A stretch of 64,000 nt of DNA from an uncultured archaeon (GTDB taxonomy: Archaea > Thermoproteota > Bathyarchaeia > Bathyarchaeales > Bathycorpusculaceae), in the NCBI GenBank assembly GCA_963810275.1, contig CAWENF010000021.1:128001-192000 (forward strand). The letters are read 5' to 3'. Positions 9,636 through 20,291 of the stretch are shown piece by piece. Position 1 is the stretch's first letter. Each line of letters opens with the position of its first letter. Below the pieces are notes generated by a model. The model was given only the letters and a program-made list of their open reading frames with translations. It was not told the origin of the DNA and did not search any database. A program made the translations under genes and the position numbers.

Positions 9636-10855
9636 TTTAACAGCTCCTCGATTTGCCGCTTGATTTTTTCTTCCTGCTTGCGCTTTAGTGGTTCGATTAA
9701 TTCTATTGCGTCTTTGGCGATTTGCTCGGCTTGATCTTTTCCGTACCGGTCAGCGAAAATCTCGACGAAGTAGTCGTGGGCTTTGGTTTTAAGGTCTTTA
9801 AAATCGCCTTCGAAAATGGAGCGCACAACCTCGTCGGAAACAGCAGTCTCTTTCAGCTGCATATTTGGGTTTACAAGCAGAGCTTTTTGGGCAGCTAACC
9901 GAATTCTTGGCACTTCGATTTCGGTGCGGCTGGCTTCCGCAGGTAAAGTGCCTTTCAAAACTGGAATGATGACTGCGTCAGCTTCATCGGCTTCCTTAAC
10001 CATTTGCACCGCAAGCTCGGTGATTTTAGCCGTCGACATCCCGGTGAAGTCGTATTCTAAGACGATAAATCTGCGTGGAGAGGTCAACTCGACGAGTTCG
10101 GGGGTTGCTTTGCCTTCTTCGTTAACTTGGACATAGTAGAAGCCTTTGATGATGGCGGCCTCATCTGCGCTTACAGTTTCGGTGCAACCACTATACACGA
10201 GCAAACCGCCTTTGAAGTAGCCCATGAAGCGGTCATGGATGTGTCCTGCTGCATAATAGCAAAAGCCATCTGGTAATTCACTGGGTAAAAGTTCTGATTC
10301 TATGTAGGGCGGCTTAACATCTGGCAGGTCAATGGTTCCATGGAACACAAAGATGTTCGCAATGCCTGTTTGAGGTTGCGGGGGGTTTTCCTCCATGAAT
10401 TTAGGCAGCGCCTCGGCGGTTTTGTTACGGTTGTGATAATTTGGGATTCCGTACACGTAGCACTTGTCGGGGATACCCCAACATGCCCCCCGATGCCGGG
10501 GCAAATGATAGATTAAGCCTGCGCTGTCTAGAGGGTAAAGAATTGTGCTGGTTATAGTGTTTGGAGCGGAGTCATGGCTACCGTCCACAGTTAACACAGG
10601 GATGCCTGCGTCTTTGAGCCGCTTAAAGCTGCGGATGGTATTTTCTAGCGTGTGGTTTGTGGGGCGGGCTTGATGGAACAAGTCACCTGCGATAATCATA
10701 AAATCAGGCTTAAGTGCAATGGTTCTGTCCACAAGTTCGCTAAAGGCGTTGTCAAAGTCTTGCCTACGCTGCTCAAGGCCATACTGTGAGTAGCCTAAGT
10801 GTAAATCGGATGCGTGGACAAAACTAAACGGCTTCAGCTGACATACTCCCCTCAA
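9632..10855 (-). CDS. mre11: DNA repair nuclease Mre11
   Basis: SDLHLG, AGDLFH, GSHD, GHIH, YSGCTE; overlaps the rad50 start by 4 nt. Confidence 0.92.
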   Translation of the reverse strand: MRGVCQLKPFSFVHASDLHLGYSQYGLEQRRQDFDNAFSELVDRTIALKPDFMIIAGDLFHQARPTNHTLENTIRSFKRLKDAGIPVLTVDGSHDSAPNTITSTILYPLDSAGLIYHLPRHRGACWGIPDKCYVYGIPNYHNRNKTAEALPKFMEENPPQPQTGIANIFVFHGTIDLPDVKPPYIESELLPSELPDGFCYYAAGHIHDRFMGYFKGGLLVYSGCTETVSADEAAIIKGFYYVQVNEEGKATPELVELTSPRRFIVLEYDFTGMSTAKITELAVQMVKEADEADAVIIPVLKGTLPAEASRTEIEVPRIRLAAQKALLVNPNMQLKETAVSDEVVRSIFEGDFKDLKTKAHDYFVEIFADRYGKDQAEQIAKDAIELIEPLKRKQEEKIKRQIEELLK

Positions 10856-11501
10856 TCTCTTGCTTTTTGATTGGTTATTTACCTATTAAGTGTTCTCAAA
10901 AAACCTCTGTGTCAGCTTTTTTTAATAACTAAGAAAAAGAGGGTTGCCGCCCTATTCATCTGTATTAAGTTCATCGAATTCCTGAAGTGTGTAGAACTCT
11001 GTCTTCTTTACGTCAAAAAAATTCACGTAACAATAAAAGAAGCAAAGAGCTCCCTGCAAAAATTGCAGTTTATTCTTTGTTTAAAGCATAAACTATATGA
11101 GAGAACAACAAGTGATTTAGGTGCTGTTGTTGTTCTATCAGATGCTTAAGCCTGAATGCCTTTTAATATATTAGAGGACCCAAATCGTTTCAATTAAGAA
11201 AAATAAAAAATCAATTTTTATTTGTTTAATTTTAATTCCAACTAAACAAACCGTTTAAGCAGTGAAAGAAGAAGCACCAAATTTCCAAAATTCTTAATTT
11301 AAACAGTCTGAAGTTAAAAAAACCTATGTGAATTAGATAGTCACCTCTTTTTTAACTCTTTTTCGGTGCTTTCTTGCTAATAGGTTAATTTTTTTGGGTT
11401 GAGTTGAGTAGAAAACGGGAAGAAAACATAAAAAGTGAGTATCATTTTGGCGTAAAAATATAAGATACCACCCGCATTAATTCGGAAAAGGTGCCAAACT
11501 T

Positions 11502-12338
11502 ATGAAATGCCAAGTCTGCGGTACAGAAACCATGATGCCGTTCCGTTGCCCATTCTGCGGTGGACAATTCTGCAGCCAACACCGCCTACCCGAAAACCAC
11601 AAGTGCATAGGAATCAGCCAAGCCCGCAGCCAAACCCAAGCCAGAGTCATTACTCAAGATAGCTACAATAACTACAACTACAGCTACGTTTTTGGGCAAC
11701 CCACTCAACGTAAGTACCACATTCGGTGGAGCCAAAAAGAAGTCAAACACCTTGGCATCGCAGCGGCTCTAGTCATCGGTGTAGGCTACTCAATGGCATT
11801 CGTTTTAGGCGGTTTCGGGCCGCTGAACTTCCCAAACCCTCTTATAATGTCGCTATTCGCATTGATTTTAACAGCGTCTTTTCTGACTCACGAAATCGCC
11901 CACAAATTTTTTGCGCAAAAAGCAGGAATGTGGGCGGAGTTCCGCTTAACCACATTGGGCGCTGTTTTAACGTTAGCAGCGGTGTTTTTGCCGTTCAAAA
12001 TAATTGCGCCCGGCGCCATGATGATAGGAGGCAATGCACCAACAGCCAAGGATATGATAAAAATCTCAATCGCAGGAGTCATAACTAACATAGTATTCGC
12101 AGTGGTGTTTATTGGCTTAGCGTTGCTAGTTCCACCTGTAAATGCTACCTCTTTCTTCTGGTGGCTAATGCTGATGCTAGCGGCCTACATCAACGCGTTC
12201 ATCGCAGTCTTCAACATGATTCCCTTCGGAGTCTTTGACGGGTACAAAATCTTTATGTTAAACAAGAAGCTTTGGGTGGCAACGGTTATCCCAGCCGCAG
12301 CCTTAACAGCCATAACCGGTTGGATACTCTTTGCTTAA
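11502..12338 (+). CDS. AN1-type zinc finger fused to site-2 protease (M50)
   Basis: CQVCG...FRCPFCGGQFCSQHRLPENHKC; HEIAH and NMIPFGVFDG. Confidence 0.88.
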   Translation: MKCQVCGTETMMPFRCPFCGGQFCSQHRLPENHKCIGISQARSQTQARVITQDSYNNYNYSYVFGQPTQRKYHIRWSQKEVKHLGIAAALVIGVGYSMAFVLGGFGPLNFPNPLIMSLFALILTASFLTHEIAHKFFAQKAGMWAEFRLTTLGAVLTLAAVFLPFKIIAPGAMMIGGNAPTAKDMIKISIAGVITNIVFAVVFIGLALLVPPVNATSFFWWLMLMLAAYINAFIAVFNMIPFGVFDGYKIFMLNKKLWVATVIPAAALTAITGWILFA

Positions 12339-12509
12339 AAGCGTCTATTCCCTCTTACGAAGGGCAAGTAATGGTTAACGGTGTAGTTGTAGGTGTAGCC
12401 ATGCCCGCCGTGTTGTAGGTGTAGTCGCCAACCTTGTTTTTCCCACTCTATTATTGTCGGAGCCATATTATCGTGATCAGTTAATAAAAATCAAATGCCA
12501 TTCCTTCAA
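12335..12509 (-). pseudogene. Possible frameshifted small protein (IIEWEKQGWRLH/TYNTAG/YTVNHYLPFVR)
   Basis: Manual reading across frames gives a DUF4177-like pattern (xxxGW...HYLxF); needs 2-3 frameshifts. Confidence 0.3.
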
Positions 12510-12599
12510 AACAAGTACACTCCTAAACGTAAAGGTTTACAAGTGAAAATTTAAGCTAAACGCTAAAAAGGAAAAATAAAATTAAAACAAAAGAGTGGT

Positions 12600-12908
12600 T
12601 TAGATGAGTTCGATTGTAACGTGCACTTCTTCTGGGACACGGATACGCATGATGCGACGCATGACACGCTCTTCAGAGTCTATGTCGATTAAGCGCTTGT
12701 GAATGCGCATTTCCCATCTGTCCCAAGTGGCAGTTCCTTCTCCGCATGGGGTTTTAAGAGTTGGAACACGTAGGCGTTTAGTCGGTAACGGCACTGGACC
12801 GTTCATTTTTACACCTGTTTTTTGGGCGATGCTTCTGAGTTCTCCGCAAACCTCTTCCAGTTTCTCGTAATCAGTGCTTGTGAGGCGTATTCTTGCTTTT
12901 CTAACCAT
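12600..12908 (-). CDS. rpsJ: 30S ribosomal protein uS10
   Basis: [40 protein letters not shown]. Confidence 0.97.
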   Translation of the reverse strand: MVRKARIRLTSTDYEKLEEVCGELRSIAQKTGVKMNGPVPLPTKRLRVPTLKTPCGEGTATWDRWEMRIHKRLIDIDSEERVMRRIMRIRVPEEVHVTIELI

Positions 12909-13043
12909 ATCGGTCCATCAATCCATTGTTTTGCCGTTTAATATACGTTGGTGCACCTATGAGACTTAATTGGGTAATAAAAACCTATCTCTCGGATTTT
13001 TTTTCTTTGCCGTCCACCTTTTTCCCTAACTAATCCATATAGA

Positions 13044-13523
13044 ATGGACGCCAAAAGTACATCAACACCAACGCAGATATATCAAGCGGGAAAAAACATG
13101 GCTGAATCACCAACAACCACCATCAAACTACTTGAAGGCTTCAAATTCAAAGCCGAATTCGACAACAACCTCCCAAGTATAGTCATAGACGAACTGGCGC
13201 CTTTAGGCACAAACGAAGGCCCAACTCCTACCCGGTTGCTCTCAGTCGCCATAGGGCACTGCCTCAGCTCCAGCATGTTGTTTTGCCTGCACAAAGCCCA
13301 CATCAAAGTCCAAGACTTACAAACCACCATAAAAGCAAACGTACAGAGAAATCAAGATGGCTACCTCCGAGTTGAAAACATAGATGTATCAGTAAAACTG
13401 GAGGTTGCAGAGGAAGATAAGCCACGGCTTCCCCGTTGTCTCTCCCTTTTTGAAAACTACTGCACGGTCACGCAGAGCGTGCGGCAAGGCATCAGAGTCA
13501 ATGTAGACGTCGCCGATCCCTAG
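13044..13523 (+). CDS. OsmC/YhfA family protein (true start probably ATG 13098)
   Basis: DELAPLGTNEGPTPTRLL..AIGHC and YCTVTQS. Confidence 0.85.
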   Translation: MDAKSTSTPTQIYQAGKNMAESPTTTIKLLEGFKFKAEFDNNLPSIVIDELAPLGTNEGPTPTRLLSVAIGHCLSSSMLFCLHKAHIKVQDLQTTIKANVQRNQDGYLRVENIDVSVKLEVAEEDKPRLPRCLSLFENYCTVTQSVRQGIRVNVDVADP

Positions 13524-14938
13524 AAACTGTCGGCAAAGCCTTTAGTTACTTCTTTAGCGGATTGCGCTAGGGGGTGCTCAATCTTCACAGGTTCCTGCAT
13601 TTTTCGCAGGCGGGCTATTCGGAAGTAGATGGGCGGGTGAGCGTCCATGCTAAGCCACTCTTGGATGCGGAAAGTCGCTATGCGCTCGTAGAGGAGGCGT
13701 TGGAAGCCTATTTTCTCAAGCGCCGATGCCAACACTTGCGGTTGTCCAATAATCATCGCCGAATACAAATCAGCACGGGCTTCAAAGAACTTGGCCACGA
13801 AATAAGTCAAAGTAAGCAAGCCCCATAGGTAAATGAACAATAATAGAAAAGAGGTAGGCGGGAATAACCCGAAAATCACATAAAACCAAAATAAATACTG
13901 AATCGCCGATAAACCGTACAGCCAAAGCGGGTCGCGGCCCTTTAAGTGTCCAAACTCGTGCCCCAACACTGAAATGATTTCCTCATTGCTCAGTTGCAGA
14001 AAAGTTCCTGTGGTAATGAGCACTACGCCTCGGCGGGGGCTGGGTCCTGAAGCTGCGGCATTGGGTAGCAAAGTGTTAGAAATCACGATTTCGGGCACAT
14101 CGTAACCGAATTTATCCGCCGTAGTTTTAACAATGTCGTAGACGTTGACTTTTTTTGCAATCAAGTTTTCGTTTTGACAGTTTATGCCGTACTGGGCAAA
14201 TATATCATGTGCTATTGAGCAGTTTAGTTCGCCATTCTCTGCAATGGTACGCTGGTAAATATCGTGTTTAAGGTTCCTTATGGATTCTTTGGACATTTTT
14301 TCAACAGGGTTCTCTTCGTTGGGCGAAAGCGGATACTGCAACACATGGATATAGGGGTTTTTTTTGTTAATGTGCCAGTCAGCGGTTCGAGCTATGATTT
14401 TGTTGGAGTAAAAAACGAATACAAATTGTACCGCAAGCAAAATGATAGGAACCAGCGGACCGATGAAGAAGAACAAGACTACTCCCAAGGCCATGAAAGA
14501 TCCTATGAGGATAATTTGGGTTTCAAGAAAAATCCTGCGTAGCGACTTATTTTCTTTGCCTGAGACCTCTTCAGGTACGACTTTTTCGCCTTCTCTCCAT
14601 GCAAAGTATAGGCTGTTTTTTCGGATGCGGTCCTCGAACATATTCACAGCTATGGTTACGTCTTCTTGTGCCTTAGTTATTTCGCCTTCTGAGACTTCTA
14701 CGGCAAGGGGTAAAACATTTATGGTTATGGGGTCGTCGCCTGAGATGGTGACGTGCAAATGACGATTTTTAGTTGGGCCCAGAACTGTGTAGCTGAGAGC
14801 ATATGGAGCTCTGGTTATTTCGGTGAATCGTTCTTTTTGGGTGGTGAGGAACATTTGTTCTATGAAAACGTATAGTTTACCCATGTAACTTTGAGGAATT
14901 TCAGGAATAACTGTCTGTGAGGATGAATTGCTTATCAT
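13520..14938 (-). CDS. M48 (HtpX-like) membrane zinc metalloprotease with N-terminal extension
   Basis: PNAAASG, HEFGH, EARAD, ALEKI, HPPIYFRI. Confidence 0.88.
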   Translation of the reverse strand: MISNSSSQTVIPEIPQSYMGKLYVFIEQMFLTTQKERFTEITRAPYALSYTVLGPTKNRHLHVTISGDDPITINVLPLAVEVSEGEITKAQEDVTIAVNMFEDRIRKNSLYFAWREGEKVVPEEVSGKENKSLRRIFLETQIILIGSFMALGVVLFFFIGPLVPIILLAVQFVFVFYSNKIIARTADWHINKKNPYIHVLQYPLSPNEENPVEKMSKESIRNLKHDIYQRTIAENGELNCSIAHDIFAQYGINCQNENLIAKKVNVYDIVKTTADKFGYDVPEIVISNTLLPNAAASGPSPRRGVVLITTGTFLQLSNEEIISVLGHEFGHLKGRDPLWLYGLSAIQYLFWFYVIFGLFPPTSFLLLFIYLWGLLTLTYFVAKFFEARADLYSAMIIGQPQVLASALEKIGFQRLLYERIATFRIQEWLSMDAHPPIYFRIARLRKMQEPVKIEHPLAQSAKEVTKGFADSF

Positions 14939-15146
14939 AATAAAGACAGTATATAATTAAAGTAGGAGGTTCTTTATAAGTCAACTACTTGAGTAAATTG
15001 AAGGCTTCTAAACCACTTGCACGGTTAAACGCGCACCAACAGGTGAAAAAATAACAAACAAATCATAAAAAGAGTTCTAATCGCCGCACTCTCGACCACC
15101 AACCTAAACTGCTGAATTCATCTGCAGAAGAATGCGGCATGCATCT

Positions 15147-16725
15147 TCATGCATTTCCATTTTTAATTTTCAGAATTTTAGATTTCGCCAGCGCTACTTT
15201 GACGTCTTTGCCTTCACTGACTTTAATTCCGTAAGCCTTGGCGTATTTGCGTGCGTTGGGGGTTAAACCGGGGATTGCAAAAAGCAAGAAGTGATTTTCT
15301 ATATCGCTTATTTTGCAATATATGAGCGTTATCTCTGGGAGACTTACGAGTTTGCTGGAGGCAAGCACTTCGACAACGGTGTTGCCATTGTCGCATCTAC
15401 TTGTAGAGGCGCTGGTGTTTTGAAGTTCGTTTTCAACCCAGCCGACCTTACCAAAAACGAGCATATCAAAGACGTGTTGAGTGCCTGATTTACCGCTAAC
15501 GTATGCTGGTGCAACAGTGACGTAGCCCATTGACTTGAAAAACTCAGAAATTTGTTCTATACGTTTGATATTTTGGAGTTCCTCGAGGAATATCTGTGGG
15601 TTGGCAGTGTATTTGTAGAGTAGAATTTCGGGTTCATCATCAAAATCTTCGGAGGCTAAGCATTCACTGCACTTAACAATCAACCTCGGCTGGTTGTTGA
15701 GGGCGTTGCAGGCTAAGCATTTGTAGGCGGAAGGTAAAACAGAGTAAGCTGAACCTATAAGGTTTAATTTAGTTTTGCATTTGGGGCAAACCAAGTGGCC
15801 GTTTGGAGTTTCAAAAGCGTTTTGGCGGTCTACAGAACCACAGGATAAATGCTCAATTAAAGCCTCTTTGCACTCCGCAGAGAACGACACTCTGGGCAAG
15901 ATTTAATCACTCGAACCTTGGCTGAATAACAATCTCTACACATAATTATTTTATCAATTAAATCTGCCTTTAGGAACTTTTTTTGTAACAATGCATCGAG
16001 AATTTGACCAGTGTGTTTTGTGGTCCAATCAAGTTGGGGAATATCAAAGAAGTATCCTTCTGGTTTGTCGGTATCGACTTTGGGGACAATTTGGCTGACT
16101 TTCTCGTAGAGAAACAGCTCAATTATACTGCGCTTGTCTCTTCGTAAATTGTGGTCGTCTTTGGCGACTGGTGATTCCGCACTATCGTCTTTTTAGAGAA
16201 TTTTGTTGTTTGCATAGCTTTGTATATGGTAATTTTAGCATCGGAATCTGCTGTTTTGGACTTTAGTGGTTTTCGTTTAAGCTGGATGGTAGTTACTCCA
16301 TATGCAGTACTAAAGCCTAAACATAACCCAACCTCAAGCATACCCAACGGAACCAGCGTTGCCGCGATTTGTGAGTTGTATTTTATGAGGTCTACTTCCA
16401 CATCTTGGAATATTAAAGCGAAATTTCCCATGAAATCAAAATTGAAAAGGTAATCAGTTAGAATGTAAGTTAAAAAGAATGTAACGATTAAGCCGGCAAC
16501 ACCCACTGCACCGGCGAAAACAATTAGTGGAATTGGTTTGTAGCTCCGCTGCTTAACAGGCGCAAAATTGAAAGCCAATCCCACAACGAAGACTATCGCC
16601 AGGATTACAATTGGAGCAATTAAAGAGACAACGGTCAGAATATAGCGACCTCCAAATATGGTTTTCTCGGTTTTGACTTTGTGGTAGCTTCTGGAATTTA
16701 ACTCTAAGGTTGAGTTTGCAATCAT
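15147..16725 (-). pseudogene. Membrane-anchored TackOD1-like multi-zinc-ribbon protein with restriction-endonuclease-like C-terminus, split by two frameshifts
   Basis: ORF 16123-16725 (3 TMs) continues in another frame (SIIELFLYEK...DKIIMCRDC..SCPECRS) and then into ORF 15147-15899 (KEALIEHLSCG..CPKC..CLAC..CSEC..GKSGTQHVFD). Confidence 0.6.
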
Positions 16726-17034
16726 CGTTTGTTTCTCCGGATGCGTGCGTTTGCCTTAACAATCAACTTGACTTAGACAGGGAGCTTTCGAACCTTAGGT
16801 ATATTGTTGAGCTTGCGCAAAGCTTCAATAGACACCAAAGTAAGCGTCCATAGCATTGTAGCAGTGTAATCGCTGAAGGCAACCGTTACCTCTCCGCATT
16901 GAGGTCATATCTCGAAAGTTAAGGGTTTTTGAAAAGAATAATTGGCATGTTTTGCAAGGCTAAATTGTTCACTTTGCAAAGGCAAAGTCGCTAATTCAAA
17001 CACGGCTTCGCTAAGTGAAAATTAACTTCATTGA

Positions 17035-17472
17035 CTACAAAGAGTTAATGAGGTTTTGCCTCACTTTTTCTGCGACAGCTTCTAAAGCTTCAAAGAGACG
17101 CCCTTGAGAGGGATCCCTATATGCTACTCCATGCAAAAAGCCTTCATGAGGTTTCATAGGAATAACATGAACATGAAAGTGGAAAATCACTTGTCCAGCG
17201 GCGCTGCCGTTGTTCTGCACTATTCGGATGCCTTCAGCTGCCATCGCATCCCGCACCGCCATTGAGACCTTCTTAACTACACTGAAAATAGAAGCTAAGA
17301 CGTCGTCAGGCACATCATAGATGTTCTCGTAATGCTGTTTGGGCACCACTAAAGTGTGTCCTTCGTTGACTGGGCGGTTCGTTAGAAAGGCGATTACGTT
17401 GTCGTCTTCGTAAACAATGTTTGCGGGGGAACGTTTAGCTATGATTTCGCAAAATACACAGTCGCTACTCAA
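17035..17472 (-). CDS. HIT family nucleotide hydrolase
   Basis: CVFCEI, GHTLVVPK, AGQVIFHFHVHVIP. Confidence 0.93.
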   Translation of the reverse strand: MSSDCVFCEIIAKRSPANIVYEDDNVIAFLTNRPVNEGHTLVVPKQHYENIYDVPDDVLASIFSVVKKVSMAVRDAMAAEGIRIVQNNGSAAGQVIFHFHVHVIPMKPHEGFLHGVAYRDPSQGRLFEALEAVAEKVRQNLINSL

Positions 17473-17545
17473 GTTTTGTCATACCTTTCAACGGTTTGGT
17501 TTTAGGGATATGGTTTAATACAATATTCGGGGTGAATAATACTTT

Positions 17546-18568
17546 ATGGACACTTTAGTTGACGACATCGGCAGTTTCCCCTTGCCGGCGAATACCAACC
17601 GAGGCGACTACGCCAAAGCCTACGAACTTGCACGCGATGCCATAGCCAATGGAGCAGACCCCTACGATGACTTGTTCGTGAAAAAAGTTTTCATAGACGC
17701 AGTCGTGGAATCCTTCAAACACAAACTCGACACGGGACTTGACGTAGTGAATTTCCCGCAAGCGTTCAGCGGGCTGCGCCAAGTGGGCGACGCAGTACAT
17801 GACGCCATGCAAAACGGCTCCTTTGTCGTTGACGAAAAATACGCTTTTTTGCCCGAAGTCTACGTTTTAAACAGGGAAGCAAAACAACTCGCCGAGCAGT
17901 ACGGCAAAAAAATCATGCTTAGAGTCTCAATCTTTGGGCCTCTGGAGCAATACCTGCATGAAGTTGGAGCAACCGCCTACCCCGACGTGTTGGAAGGCTT
18001 CGCAACAACCATTAACCGCTTCGCTAAAAGTTCCGTGCTAAACACCAAATACATCCAAACACAGGTGGTCTCCATCGACGAACCCAGTTTGGGACACAGC
18101 CCATTCACAGGCACCCCTGAGCAACTCAGAGATACACTAGAGAAAGCCTACGATTTTGTGTGCCCAGTTAAGCAGATTCATCTGCACTTCGCGTCTGGCA
18201 TCTACGACCTGCTACCTGTTAAGGGGCTGGATGTGCTCTCCTTTGAGTACGCGGCTTCACCCAAAAACATCGATTCCGTCTCCAAAGAGATGCTAGAGGG
18301 AGCCGACAAACAAATCCGAGTTGGCATCGCAAGAACAGACATCGACACCATATGGTCGGAACTCAACGAGAAAGGCGTAACTGAACCTAAACCTGAGCAG
18401 CTAGTCGAACCCGCAGAAGCTATGCAAAAACGCTTCAAAGCCGCCAAACAGAAGTACGGCGACCACATGACCTTTACTGGCCCCGACTGCGGACTGGGAA
18501 GTTGGCCAAGCCAAGAAGCCGCAGCTTTGGTGCTTAAACGCAGCGTGGAAGCAGCTAAAACCGCTTAA
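17546..18568 (+). CDS. Cobalamin-independent methionine synthase-like protein (single-barrel archaeal type)
   Basis: DDIGSFP, SIDEP, IHLH, GPDCGL. Confidence 0.75.
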   Translation: MDTLVDDIGSFPLPANTNRGDYAKAYELARDAIANGADPYDDLFVKKVFIDAVVESFKHKLDTGLDVVNFPQAFSGLRQVGDAVHDAMQNGSFVVDEKYAFLPEVYVLNREAKQLAEQYGKKIMLRVSIFGPLEQYLHEVGATAYPDVLEGFATTINRFAKSSVLNTKYIQTQVVSIDEPSLGHSPFTGTPEQLRDTLEKAYDFVCPVKQIHLHFASGIYDLLPVKGLDVLSFEYAASPKNIDSVSKEMLEGADKQIRVGIARTDIDTIWSELNEKGVTEPKPEQLVEPAEAMQKRFKAAKQKYGDHMTFTGPDCGLGSWPSQEAAALVLKRSVEAAKTA

Positions 18569-20203
18569 CTCTTTTCCTCGCCTTTCTGCTCAGATATCCA
18601 CGCCATTAACTCAGGCGGCAACTCGTCCCGCTCAGTAACCACCTCAATAACCGTAAAGCACTTCTGGGCATAAGCGTCTTTTATCGCTGTGTAGAACTGG
18701 CTGCAGTTTGTGCATCGGTAGCCTTTGCCGCCCCACAAATTCGCCAGCGCCGAATAGTTCCAGTCTACCAACTCGTTGAAACCTGCTGATGGGTCAAACA
18801 GTTGCTCCATGCCCCAGCGGCGGTTGTTGACGACTATGAAAATGGGATTTATACTGAATCGTGGGCAGTGGCAGATTTCGGTTCCGGTCATTTGGAAGCC
18901 TCCGTCGCCCACTAGCACCAGCGGGCGTTTGCCGGTGGCTAGGCTGACTCCGATTGCGGCGGGAACTGCGAAGCCCATTGTGCCGTAGAAGAATGGCGCC
19001 AGAACCTCCGTCGCCTCAATGCTTAAGGTTGAAAAGAGGCTGCCGCCTGTGTCCGCGATAAGCGGCATCTCGCCGAACTCGCCGAATAGCCAGTTTACGG
19101 CGTCGATGACTTCTGGCATGGTTAGGGTTTGGGCTGTTAATTTGCAGGCGCGGTTAACCGCAAGAGGCGCCTTTTCGGGGAGCACGGTGGTTTTCTTTTC
19201 AATGGGGGTTTTGCAGAGTTCGCCCACGAGCGCTGTCAAAGGGACATCTTGGAAGGTCTGGTCGCCGAAAGTCACGTGCGCCGTCAAAGCACCACGCAAT
19301 CTGCTCCCGCTTGGTCACCGAAAGCTTTGCACCCAAATTCACGTCAGAAAGCATCTCGCCCAAAACCAACACAAAATCTGATTTGGATACAAGTTGGTTG
19401 GCGGCGGGGTTGCCTGCGACGCCTAAGTAGATTCCAAAGTATTGGGGGTGAGCGTTGGGCATGTGGTCTCGGGCTAGCACTGTGGATGCGACGGGCAGGT
19501 TTGCCTGTTCGGCTAATTGTAGGATTTGGGGTTTTAGGTTGTAGCGGTCTGCTTCTACGCCCACCAGCAGCACGGGGTTTTGGGCTTTTGTTATCTGCTG
19601 TGCGATGGCTTCCGCTGCTTCCATGACGTGTGCGACTTCGGGAGATCCAGGTGAGGAGGACTCCGGGAACCTGATGGGTTGAGTAACTACGTCTACGGGA
19701 ACCTCAATGTAAACGGGAAGCATCCGCTTCTGGCAAGCCTCCAACGCCCTAGCGATTTTCTCTGCGGCATCCTCCGAATTATCAAGCATCACAGACTCAG
19801 CCGTAACCTCTGCGGCGGCGTTAAGCATGGACGTGCAGGACTTCACAGTATGGTGCAAAAAGAAGTCTCCTTCTCGGGCGCTAAGCGGCGGACCCCCAAC
19901 CACCATGACAAGCGGCGTCTTCTCTGCATACGCGCAGGCCACGGCGTTTAAGGCGTTTAATATTCCTGGTCCATAGGTCACTACTGCACAAGCGGGTTTG
20001 CGGTTAGCCCTCGCGTCAGCCACCGCAGCGAAGCCGGCGCCTTGCTCGTGGGAGAATGTGTACAATGAAACTTCAGGGTCGTCTTCTAGTTGTTTGAAGA
20101 ATTTGATGACCATGTCGCCGGGGATACCGTAAACTCGGTTTATTCCAAGCTTTTTTAGCTCTAAAAGCAGATATTCGCCGACGCTGAGCACTTTTTTGGA
20201 CAT
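18565..20203 (-). CDS. ipdC: TPP-dependent indolepyruvate/phenylpyruvate decarboxylase, frameshifted near 19279
   Basis: YGIPGD, HEQGAGF, LHHT in ORF 19199-20203; GTMGF and GDGGFQM..NNRRW in ORF 18565-19299; removing one base (GAC GGC g CAC GTG) gives a ~545 aa protein. Confidence 0.8.
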
Positions 20204-20291
20204 AACTGTTCATAGCAATTTGCATAGCTATCAATTTTAAGTTTGACTAAACAGAAAAAAAAGAAAAATGACCCGACAGAATAAAGGGAGC

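Noticed and set aside
10871-11149. 92-aa ORF in the AT-rich gap upstream of mre11; gap also considered as a replication origin
   Set aside because: Promoter-like low-complexity composition with no motif; no ORB repeats or cdc6/orc1 gene visible
16740-16910. Short hydrophobic reading frame EVTVAFSDYTATMLWTLTLVSIEALRKL
   Set aside because: May be a gene remnant, but too short and start-less to assign
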